Source: Sphingomonadales bacterium
GTDB taxonomy: Bacteria > Bacteroidota > Bacteroidia > NS11-12g > UBA955
Reading direction: 5' to 3'
Length of the DNA stretch: 64,000 nucleotides
NCBI GenBank assembly: GCA_016872175.1
Contig: VHBA01000006.1
Location: forward strand, 5,042-69,041
Positions within the stretch are counted from its first letter, which is position 1. Each line of letters begins with the position of its first letter. Both the position numbers and the translations under genes were made by a program. Of this stretch, positions 1-9,361 are shown in pieces. The notes under the pieces were generated by a model, which was not told where the DNA came from, made no database searches, and was given only the letters and a program-made list of their open reading frames with translations.

Positions 1-1368
1 TTCCATTTTTTTACGCAACTGCCCTTTTAATTTACCGGCACATTGTTTGCCAAATGCATCGAATTGTTCGGGGGTAATAAAGCGTTCGGAAGCAGGCAGC
101 GTCTCATGGCTGTTTCGGAAATCATTGGCAAAGTCAAACACATAGCGTTCTTCCAGCAGGTATTTAATAAGCGGTTCACCGCTAAAGGGATCTACCGCCA
201 CATCCGGGCGAATACCGCCACCGTCGTACACCGTGCGGCCTGCAGCGGTTTTAAATGCCTTGCGCAGGCTATCCGGTATGCTGCCTGCGCTGCCATCGGG
301 GTTGCGTTTGCTGTAATCCAGCAGCTGTATGCAGCGACCACTGGGGGTGTAGTATTTGGCGGTAGTAATTTTCATTTGGGTGCGGTATGGCAGCGGATAA
401 AAATTTTGCACCAGCCCTTTGCCAAAGCTGTTTTGCCCGATGATAACTGCACGGTCCATATCCTGCAGACTGCCGCTCACCACCTCGCTGGCACTGGCAC
501 TTTGGGCGTCAACCAACACCACCAGGGGAAGGTCAGGTGCGATGGCGGGTTTGCGCGTCATCCATTTGCGGTTGCTTTCTGTGGTGCGACCTTTCATGTT
601 TACCACCATTTTGTTTTCGCCTACAAACAATCCCACAATATCTACCGCTTCGGCAAGAAGACCACCGCCGTTGCCGCGCAAATCCAGTACCAGCTTGTTC
701 ATGCCGGGATTTTTTTGCAGTGTAGCGAGAGCAGTTTCTATTTCCTGGGCGCAGTTTTGTCCAAACTCGTCAAGCTTTATGTAGCCTGTTTGTTCGTTAA
801 TCATACCCGACCAGGGCACATTTTTGGTGCGCACGGAAACACGGGTAATTTTTTTCTCCATGGTTTTTCCGTTTCGGTCAATGATGAGGGTAAGTGAAGT
901 GTTGGGAGCACCGCGCAGCATGGCTCCCACATCATTGGTGGATTTATTGGCCATATCCTGCCCCGATACAAACTTGATGATGTCACCGCAACGTATATCA
1001 GCATTAGCAAAAGCATAGCCCCGAAAAACTTCACTCACTACCGGATAGCGGTTACGTAGAAAAATGCGGCAGCCTACACCTCCATATTCACCTTGCCTTT
1101 CAATCATGGCTTCCTCTGTCTGCGCTTCACTGTAGAAATTGGTGTAGGGATCAAGTGTTGCCAGCATAGCGTCGAGCCCTTTACGCATGAGGGTTCCGGG
1201 GTTTACGTCATCAACAAAGTGGGTGCCCACCTGTTTGTAGGCGGTAGCAAAAATTTCCAGGTTTTTGCTATATTCAAATAGGTCATCATAGGTTTTATAG
1301 CCGGTGCTCAGGAACAGGGCAGCGAATGCCAGCAGTGCGGTTTTGGGTATGCGAATACAGATTTCCAT
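1..1368 (-). CDS. S41 family C-terminal processing (tail-specific) peptidase, partial (runs off left edge)
   Basis: Absent from the ORF track because it has no stop in the window. My minus-strand translation from the ATG (complement of 1366-1368) reads MEICIRIPKTALLAFAALFLSTG... It includes a PDZ-like segment (GDIIKFVSGQDM) and the motifs LDLRGNGGG, DAQSASASEVVSG and IGQNSFGKG, typical of S41 peptidases. Confidence 0.85.
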   Translation of the reverse strand, partial: MEICIRIPKTALLAFAALFLSTGYKTYDDLFEYSKNLEIFATAYKQVGTHFVDDVNPGTLMRKGLDAMLATLDPYTNFYSEAQTEEAMIERQGEYGGVGCRIFLRNRYPVVSEVFRGYAFANADIRCGDIIKFVSGQDMANKSTNDVGAMLRGAPNTSLTLIIDRNGKTMEKKITRVSVRTKNVPWSGMINEQTGYIKLDEFGQNCAQEIETALATLQKNPGMNKLVLDLRGNGGGLLAEAVDIVGLFVGENKMVVNMKGRTTESNRKWMTRKPAIAPDLPLVVLVDAQSASASEVVSGSLQDMDRAVIIGQNSFGKGLVQNFYPLPYRTQMKITTAKYYTPSGRCIQLLDYSKRNPDGSAGSIPDSLRKAFKTAAGRTVYDGGGIRPDVAVDPFSGEPLIKYLLEERYVFDFANDFRNSHETLPASERFITPEQFDAFGKQCAGKLKGQLRKKME

Positions 1369-1492
1369 ACAGGGCAAAGTTACGAAGTAAAGCGGGGTTG
1401 GGTGCATAAAAAGGGTAATCTGACGGAATGCGGATTTTTGTGGCGCGAATACAGGGCTAAATACAGATATTTGCAAGCTGTTTAAACAGGCT

Positions 1493-1564
1493 GGTCCCAT
1501 AGTAGAATGGATACTACGAATGCCTCCGGAGCATTAGATTCAGGTTCGATTCCTGATGGGACCA
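1493..1564 (+). tRNA. tRNA-Arg (anticodon CCG)
   Basis: Cloverleaf read by eye. Acceptor GGTCCCA/TGGGACC, D arm GTAG..CTAC, anticodon stem AATGC/GCATT with loop CTCCGGA (anticodon CCG), T arm TCAGG-TTCGATT-CCTGA, discriminator A. Confidence 0.9.
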
Positions 1565-1902
1565 CTACCTATTAAAATAAACCCTTATACGTTCGATATG
1601 AAGGGAAGTTCTGCAACTCTTAAACCTGCTTGGGGTAAATCAAATCTGTCCTGCGCAGCAGCAATAGTGGCAATAAAAATCAGAAAGATAAAATAAAATA
1701 GTCTCATTGAAAGTGAAATACTGCATGCAATATTATATGAAAAATTTATGCGGTCTCTTATTTGACGCTATAAAAATCATTTTATGTTTAATAATTTTCA
1801 CAGTTAACGAACAAAAAATATCATCAGGCGCATGAATATTATTGTTATATTTGAAACTAAAATATCTTCCATAAAAAGGTAAATAAAAAAATACATTAAT
1901 AT

Positions 1903-2598
1903 ATGAAAATAATACTCACAGCATTTTTTATGCTGACTATTGGTTTGTCATTTTCCCAGTCAAAAAAAGAACAAATTGAGTACTTGAAATTCAAAACCGA
2001 TAGCTTGACGAACGTTCTGGAAACAGAAAGAGCCAAAAACCAAAAACAGGTACAGGAATTGAATACCTCATTAAATACTGCAGAGAATCAGAGAAAGTCT
2101 TTGGCGAATACACTGGATAGTTCGAGCAAAGTATTGATTGCGGAGAGAGTGAATTTTCTCATTACCCAAAAAGAACTCAATTTGCGAATTGAAAAGCTGA
2201 AAAATGAAATTGATTCTCTAAGGACAGCATGTGCAAACATTTCTGCTGAAAGCTTTAAAAAACAGGTTTTAATTGATAATTTACAGCAATTGATAAAAGG
2301 CAAATCCGATAGTATTCTTTTGCTCACTGCTGAAGGTTTAAAATTGAAAGCGGTAAAACCGTTTGTGCCGGAAAACAACTACGATGGTTTGAAGGCGCAT
2401 TTTACCAATAGGGAAAAGGATGTTGCCAATCTGAAAACAATCATCTTTGGGGTTTATCGCCAAGATTTAAAAGAATCTTTGAAGCTAACAAAAAGGTGTT
2501 CAGATTTTGTGAATGATGTTACAGAATTTACCGCAGGTTATCCTGGGGCAATTGAAGAGCATACATTCAAAAAAAATGGTCTCAGTATTATGATTTGA
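1903..2598 (+). CDS. hypothetical secreted coiled-coil protein (probably the 5' part of a frameshift-split gene)
   Basis: Signal-peptide-like N-terminus MKIILTAFFMLTIGLSFSQ followed by heptad-rich, Lys/Glu/Leu-rich sequence. Lies in an AT-rich segment. Ends just after an A8 tract (2569-2576). Confidence 0.5.
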   Translation: MKIILTAFFMLTIGLSFSQSKKEQIEYLKFKTDSLTNVLETERAKNQKQVQELNTSLNTAENQRKSLANTLDSSSKVLIAERVNFLITQKELNLRIEKLKNEIDSLRTACANISAESFKKQVLIDNLQQLIKGKSDSILLLTAEGLKLKAVKPFVPENNYDGLKAHFTNREKDVANLKTIIFGVYRQDLKESLKLTKRCSDFVNDVTEFTAGYPGAIEEHTFKKNGLSIMI

Positions 2599-2837
2599 AT
2601 TATGCTAGTTTTACCGCTTTTTATGAAAACGGAAATTGCGGATGGGCATCTAAAAAAGTTGCTTCTGTTGAATATCTTGGCGAATTAAATAATGGAGATT
2701 GGTTTAAATTTACCATTAAAGGGGGCTGTGGAATTAATGATTTTTCAGAAACAATTCACAGGGTTATTAAGGTAATTAAAAAAGATAACACTTACTTTAT
2801 TGATTATATAATTGATCCAACGTACAAGCGTGAATAA
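2595..2837 (+). CDS. hypothetical protein, likely the 3' part of the preceding ORF
   Basis: Only a TTG start is available. Its frame is open from 2556 and overlaps the previous ORF across the A8 tract. A +1 A insertion (or a -1 slip) fuses the two ORFs. Confidence 0.35.
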   Translation: MNYASFTAFYENGNCGWASKKVASVEYLGELNNGDWFKFTIKGGCGINDFSETIHRVIKVIKKDNTYFIDYIIDPTYKRE

Positions 2838-2843
2838 TATGCT

Positions 2844-3659
2844 TTACTTTTTAATTAGTGATGTAAAACCATTTCTCAATCCTTCGTAGCTTGTAATATC
2901 AACCTTAAGCGAACCTACCTGAATGGCAGTTTGCACGCGGACAGGAATGTGGTTGGCATCGTCGCTTACCCATACAGTCATATCGTTGCTGCTTTTAAAG
3001 ACCCTGTCTACCACCAGCTTAGGCCTTAGTTTTATACATTTCACCTTGCCAATATCGGTGCTGAGGGTTTCTTTACCCAGGTAGGTGAAATTGAGGTTGT
3101 AAATTTTGTTGTCAAGGTAAACATCCAGCGGAAATACCTGGTTGGTTTTGGCACTTTCAAAATTTAAATTGCGGGCATAATACAGCGCTGAGGCAATGTC
3201 CTGCGTGTACATGGGCATGGCAATTTCGCCATCGGTGTTGCGCAGTTTCTTTTTGTCGTGCATATAAATGGCCAAATCTTCATCATAATATTTGTTTTCG
3301 CGCACTGTTTTAGCATAGCGAATAGGGGCAAGAGCTTCTGCATCTATCCAGCTCTGGAATTTGTCGCGTACCTTGTAGGCCCAGTCAAAACTTTTCAGGG
3401 TTTCTCCCTCACAGCGCACAGCCAGCGCATCGCGTCCATTGATAGTGGTTGCCTGATCTACAGACATGGTAATATTGGCAGCATTGATAAGTCCGTAATG
3501 CACACGAAATTTCAATTTTTCACCCACCTTAAACGCCTGGTTATTTAGCTTACGGTAGTTGAACGGATCATTCGGTGCACTTTGGGGTTGTGTGCTGAAC
3601 GATTGGATAAGTGCGGCTAATCCGGCGGCAAGGGATACAATGACAAAACTGCGTTTCAT
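2844..3659 (-). CDS. DUF3108-like secreted protein
   Basis: Signal peptide MKRSFVIVSLAAGLAALIQS. The overall sequence pattern (FRVHYGLINAANITM..., YLDNKIYNL..., VWVSDDANHIPVRV) matches my memory of the Bacteroidota DUF3108 family. Not verified by search. Confidence 0.6.
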   Translation of the reverse strand: MKRSFVIVSLAAGLAALIQSFSTQPQSAPNDPFNYRKLNNQAFKVGEKLKFRVHYGLINAANITMSVDQATTINGRDALAVRCEGETLKSFDWAYKVRDKFQSWIDAEALAPIRYAKTVRENKYYDEDLAIYMHDKKKLRNTDGEIAMPMYTQDIASALYYARNLNFESAKTNQVFPLDVYLDNKIYNLNFTYLGKETLSTDIGKVKCIKLRPKLVVDRVFKSSNDMTVWVSDDANHIPVRVQTAIQVGSLKVDITSYEGLRNGFTSLIKK

Positions 3660-3766
3660 GATGCTTTATTTTAGGTCTGTTTCATACATATACACATAAC
3701 GTATGCCAAACCCCCAAACATGCGTAAAAATTAATTTGTGGTTTTATTTCATTGTACTTTTGTATC

Positions 3767-4782
3767 ATGACCTCCCCGAATCTTATGTCATTTGGCAAAG
3801 GCAGCGGCTGCGGGTGTAAAATGCCGCCCGAAGCGCTAAAAACCATGCTCTCCGGACTCTTGTGTAATAATAGTGTGGAGAATGTGGTTGTTGGCAATGA
3901 CTTGTCAGACGACTGCTCTGTTTATGATCTGGGCAATGGTCAATATTTGCTGCAAACGGTAGATTTTTTCACGCCCATGATAAATGATCCTTTTATCTTC
4001 GGATCGGCAGCGGCAGCCAATGCCCTCAGCGATATCTGGGCCATGGGCGGAAAACCCATTATGGCAAATGCTGTTTTTAGCTGGCCTTCGGAATTGCCTA
4101 TTGAAATGGGACGTGAGGTGCTTCATGGTGCTCGCGATATTTGCCGGCAGGCCGGCGTGGCACTTGCAGGCGGGCATACCATCGATGGACGCGAACCCCT
4201 TTTTGGTCTGTCGGTGACGGGTTTGGCAACTCCCCAAACCCTAAAACGCAACGCAGGCGCACAACCCGGTGATGTTATCCTACTCAGCAAACCGCTGGGT
4301 GTGGGCATGCTGGCAGCCGCTTACAAACGGGGCACCGCAGATGAAAACCAGCAAATAGCACTGCAAACGACACTGGTAAAACTCAACAACGGCGGAGAGC
4401 AGCTTGGAAAGCTTGCTGCAGTTCATGCCATGACCGATGTGACCGGTTTTGGACTGGCAGGTCATTTGCTGGAAATGATGCGTGCTGCAGGCTGTGGTGC
4501 AGAAATAAGTGAAGCATTACTGCCCAAAATCCCCGAAGCATTACCGCTGGCGGCATCTTTCGTGCTGCCGGATAATGCAACCCGCAACTGGAATGCGTAT
4601 GAAAAAGAATTACAAATGAACAATGCCGCCGCATTCCCGTGGGTTGCCGATCCCCAGACCAATGGTGGCCTGCTGATGGCGGTAGGACCGGATTGTGTAG
4701 ATTCCGTGCTGGAAATGTTGCCGGAATGCAGCGTTATCGGTACATTCACCGAAAAGCAGAAAATACCTGTATTGGTAATTAA

Positions 4783-4786
<4 letters not shown>
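3767..4786 (+). CDS. selD: selenide, water dikinase (selenophosphate synthetase), Cys-type
   Basis: N-terminal GSGCGCKMPPEALKTML matches the SelD active-site G-C-G-C-K loop (E. coli HGAGCGCKISP). AIR-synthase-like body (DDCSVY, DFFTP, ALSDIWAMGG). Start is uncertain (ATG 3767 or 3785; the ORF track start 3752 is TTG). Confidence 0.9.
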
Positions 4787-5763
<977 letters not shown>

Positions 5764-5868
5764 GGTTTTAAAAAAGAATCCCAAACAGCACCCTTAAGAG
5801 TTGCTTTGGAACTGCAAAAATAACAATTTTCCTTTGCAAGGGTTCAGGGCTTTTTAGAATATTCAGAA

Positions 5869-6435
5869 TTAAGCGATTCTGCGGCCAATTAACGCTTCTA
5901 CCGCTTCGTGCAGTTGCCTGGGAGAACGTTTTCTCCATTCGAATTCATCCAAATCTCCGCCAAAATTGATGTAATAATCGATTCGGGCCTTGCGGAATTC
6001 ATCCAGCACGTGGTCTCTGAAATTGATAAATGCAATCCAGCCGTCTTCGGCTTCCTGAAACCATTCCTCGTAGTAGCTGTCGTCGCTGGCATGAAAATTC
6101 AGTATGTTTTCCCCTATCAGTATAAACTTTTGAATGCCTTGATCGCTCAGCATTTCAATCACTTCCCGCTTCAGCATCATGATATCGTTGTACAGGGCAT
6201 CATTCCACTCGCCAATCAATTCCAAAATGGCGTAACCATCTATGTAATCAACGTATAAAATTTTTAGGTATAAGGTGTTAGAACCAAAAGAATCCCATTG
6301 TGGATGAATGAGATAATTGTATACCGCATGAGTGAAGGTAAATTCGCTGTATTCACGCCCGAAAAACGGCGATTGTTCGTCTTCGGCGGCGTTATACAGG
6401 TGCAACCAGTTGTAGTACGGCTCTATATCATGCAC
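5869..6435 (-). CDS. conserved hypothetical protein
   Basis: 188-aa acidic ORF with a coding-like composition. I recognise no family. The segment ILELIGEWND...KFILIGENILNFHASD is vaguely STAS-like. Confidence 0.55.
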   Translation of the reverse strand: MHDIEPYYNWLHLYNAAEDEQSPFFGREYSEFTFTHAVYNYLIHPQWDSFGSNTLYLKILYVDYIDGYAILELIGEWNDALYNDIMMLKREVIEMLSDQGIQKFILIGENILNFHASDDSYYEEWFQEAEDGWIAFINFRDHVLDEFRKARIDYYINFGGDLDEFEWRKRSPRQLHEAVEALIGRRIA

Positions 6436-6531
6436 GGTGCAAAATTAAATCGCTTTGCCGCAAACCGTAAATGGTATTACCGAAATCAGCGGATTTTTTT
6501 CGGATTGGCGCATTTCTTCTTTTTCTTTGTT

Positions 6532-7959
6532 GTGTTGAAACGCACTTTCCTTGGTAATTTATTGCTTTTGCAGGCACTGAACTGGCTAATCAAGCCTGTC
6601 TGGATTTTCTTTATTGAGGTAGCGGTGCAAAATAACCTGGGCGATGCCCTTTATGGCAAGTATTACGGCATTTTCGGGCTGGCCTTGCTGTTTAATATTC
6701 TGCTGGATTTTGGGCTGAATAATTACACGGCTGCCAAGGTGGCATCAGCTCCGGACCATGCGGTTCCCACGGGATTGTTGGGTTTGAGAATGTGGCTGGC
6801 TTTGTCGTATGTGCTCATTACCGCCATTTTTGGGCTGGTTCAGCACATGGATATTCGTTTTCTGGGATTGGTCATACTCAACCAGGTGCTGGCCGGTTTC
6901 ACGCTCTATTTCAGATCCATACTGCAGGGCAGGCATTTGTTTAAAACCGATAGCATTGCATCGGTGACCGACAGGATGGTGGCGGTGGCGCTGCTTTCAT
7001 GGCTTATTTTGGGCAGCGGTCTTAGTGGGGAAGAGGGATTATTGTATTTTCTGCTTGCGCAAACGGCAGGTTATGCGGTTTCCCTGTTTTTTTCATGGTT
7101 TTACGCCCGCAGGCAAAACCAAACTATAACAGAAATTTCATCGGTTGAAGGCTTTTCATTGTTGTCATCCATGCGTTGGTTTGCCATACTTTCCCTTTGC
7201 ATGGCCGTTTTTACACGCCTTGACACCCAGATGCTGCGGCACCTGTCACCCGGTGGTGAGGCCGAAGTGGGGCAATATGCCCGCAGTTTTCGTTTTCTGG
7301 ATGCTGCACTGATTTTCAGTTCTTTAATAAGCTCGCAACTGCTGCCGTTGTTTAGCCGCATGATCAGCCGAAATGAACCCACCGATGGCCTGCTATGGCT
7401 GAATGTGAGAATCGTATTGTTTGTAGCTTTACCACTGCTTTTTACCGGAATGTATTTTGCTTCGCCGTTAATGGGCCTTTTTTATGACGGCCCCGGCAAA
7501 GCCGGATTTACGGCATCGGATGCCACTGTTTTTGGCAGGTTAATGGCATGTTTTTTACCTATGGCATTGGTGCATATTTTCGGTACCTGGCTCACGGCTG
7601 CGGGTGAATTGAAAAAACTGGGACTTTTGGCCATTTTTTGTGTAGTTATAAATGCCGGTTTGAATTTTTGGCTGATACCGCTGCAAGGCCCATCCGGCGC
7701 GGCCCTGGCCGGACTGATTACGCAAACACTTTTTGTGATAATTTGTATTTACTGGGTGATACTGCGAAACGGTTTTTCCCTTAAGCAGTACAGGTTTTTT
7801 TATCTGTTGATTAGCGCCAATGCGGTCTACGCTATTTTTTATGTAGTTTCAAGAAACCTGCCTGACCTGAACGGCTTTCTGCTTGCCTGTGGCCTATGGG
7901 CGTTTACGGGCATGTTTTTGTTTGTCCCGGAGTGGAAAAAGTGGTTGGGCCGTAGCTAA
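6532..7959 (+). CDS. MOP/Wzx-type polysaccharide (oligosaccharide) flippase
   Basis: Polytopic membrane protein with many hydrophobic helices and the LNWLIKPVWIFFIEVAVQN..YGKYYGIFGLALL pattern of polysaccharide biosynthesis/flippase proteins. The ORF track start (6298) overlaps the divergent gene. I place the start at GTG 6532 or TTG 6535. Confidence 0.65.
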   Translation: MLKRTFLGNLLLLQALNWLIKPVWIFFIEVAVQNNLGDALYGKYYGIFGLALLFNILLDFGLNNYTAAKVASAPDHAVPTGLLGLRMWLALSYVLITAIFGLVQHMDIRFLGLVILNQVLAGFTLYFRSILQGRHLFKTDSIASVTDRMVAVALLSWLILGSGLSGEEGLLYFLLAQTAGYAVSLFFSWFYARRQNQTITEISSVEGFSLLSSMRWFAILSLCMAVFTRLDTQMLRHLSPGGEAEVGQYARSFRFLDAALIFSSLISSQLLPLFSRMISRNEPTDGLLWLNVRIVLFVALPLLFTGMYFASPLMGLFYDGPGKAGFTASDATVFGRLMACFLPMALVHIFGTWLTAAGELKKLGLLAIFCVVINAGLNFWLIPLQGPSGAALAGLITQTLFVIICIYWVILRNGFSLKQYRFFYLLISANAVYAIFYVVSRNLPDLNGFLLACGLWAFTGMFLFVPEWKKWLGRS

Positions 7960-7977
7960 AAAAACCGAAATATTTGC

Positions 7978-9255
7978 TTAAGCATACAGTGGATACCCTG
8001 CCATCAGTGTATGAACCTTACTTTTCACGTTTTCCAGCACAGCCGCATTATCCGTGTTCATTAGCGCTTCATCTATCAATCCGGCAATGCTGTCCATATC
8101 GGCTTCATTAAGTCCGCGGGTGGTAACGGCAGCCGTGCCCAGGCGAATGCCTGAGGTAACGAAAGGACTGCGGGTTTCGAAGGGAACGGTATTTTTATTT
8201 ACGGTGATATCGCATATTCCAAGTGTGTTTTCAGCCAGTTTTCCGGTTAGGTTATCGCCTTTGGGCCTCAGGTCAATGAGCATGAGGTGGTTATCTGTTC
8301 CTCCGCTGATGATGCTGTAACCACGGCTCACCATCCCAGTTGCCAGCGCAGCAGCATTCCTTTTTACCTGCTGTTGGTATTGTTTGAATTCAGGTTTTAG
8401 GGCTTCGCCAAAGGCGATTGCTTTGGCCGCAATTACATGCTCCAGGGGCCCGCCTTGTGTGCCGGGGAATACTGCTCCATCCAAAAGCGCGCTCATCATT
8501 TTCACTTCACCTTTGGGTGTGGTTTCGCCCCAGGGGTTGGCAAAATCGGTTCCCATCATAATAATGCCGCCCCTTGGTCCCCTCAGCGTTTTGTGTGTGG
8601 TGCTTGTGGCAATATGCACATGTTTTAGGGGGTTTTCAAGCAATCCGGCGGCTATAAGCCCCGAAGGATGAGAAATATCGGCTAGCACGAGTGCACCTAC
8701 CTCATCAGCAACAGCACGGATGCGGGCATAATCCCACTCGCGGCTGTAAGAACTGGCCCCGCAGATGATCAGTTTGGGTTTTACTTCTCGGGTTTTGCTT
8801 TCAAGCGTCTCGTAATCCACATAGCCGGTGTCTTGTTTTACGCCGTAAAAATGGGGTTTATACAATTTGCCTGAAAAATTTACCGGTGAGCCATGCGTGA
8901 GGTGGCCACCATGGCTGAGGTCAAAGCCCAAAATCGAATCGCCGGGTTTCAGCACGGCCAGCATCACGGCGGCATTGGCCTGCGCACCGCTGTGAGGCTG
9001 CACATTGGCCCAGGCGGCCCCGAAAAGTTGTTTCAATCGATCAATAGCGAGTTGTTCTACTTGGTCCACGATTTCGCAACCTCCATAGTATCGCTTTCCC
9101 GGCAAGCCTTCAGCATATTTGTTTGTGAGGACAGAGCCCATGGCATCCATCACCTGCTGACTCACAAAGTTTTCGCTGGCAATCAGCTCAATCCCTTCCT
9201 GTTGTCGCTTTAGTTCACGGTTTATCAGTTCAAAAACAACTTCGTCTCTTTCCAT
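7978..9255 (-). CDS. glyA: serine hydroxymethyltransferase
   Basis: [36 protein letters not shown] and [12 protein letters not shown] motifs. Full length, 425 aa. Confidence 0.95.
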   Translation of the reverse strand: MERDEVVFELINRELKRQQEGIELIASENFVSQQVMDAMGSVLTNKYAEGLPGKRYYGGCEIVDQVEQLAIDRLKQLFGAAWANVQPHSGAQANAAVMLAVLKPGDSILGFDLSHGGHLTHGSPVNFSGKLYKPHFYGVKQDTGYVDYETLESKTREVKPKLIICGASSYSREWDYARIRAVADEVGALVLADISHPSGLIAAGLLENPLKHVHIATSTTHKTLRGPRGGIIMMGTDFANPWGETTPKGEVKMMSALLDGAVFPGTQGGPLEHVIAAKAIAFGEALKPEFKQYQQQVKRNAAALATGMVSRGYSIISGGTDNHLMLIDLRPKGDNLTGKLAENTLGICDITVNKNTVPFETRSPFVTSGIRLGTAAVTTRGLNEADMDSIAGLIDEALMNTDNAAVLENVKSKVHTLMAGYPLYA

Positions 9256-9361
9256 AATTGATGTTGCAAATTAACATTGAAAATTAATTTTTGTGACATG
9301 GTATTTTTTCATTCCGCATGCAGTCAAATTGCTCAAAAATACTGAAATTCGCCTCTTAACT

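Noticed and set aside
43-897. 284-aa plus-strand ORF (and nested ORFs 419-784 and 537-725)
   Set aside because: It lies entirely antisense to a clearly recognisable S41 peptidase gene that the ORF track omits because it runs off the edge. The composition (Ala/Gly/His/Phe-rich, no motifs) is typical of a shadow ORF.
6298-6531. N-terminal 78-aa extension of the flippase ORF, and similar upstream extensions (9293-9361, 22952-23017, 32771-32833, 56950-56991, 58331-58360, 62577-62636)
   Set aside because: The extensions overlap divergent genes or precede an obvious signal peptide or conserved N-terminus. They arise from alternative-start ORF calling. Starts were trimmed to the first Met, or to a GTG/TTG where no suitable ATG exists, that fits the family N-terminus.
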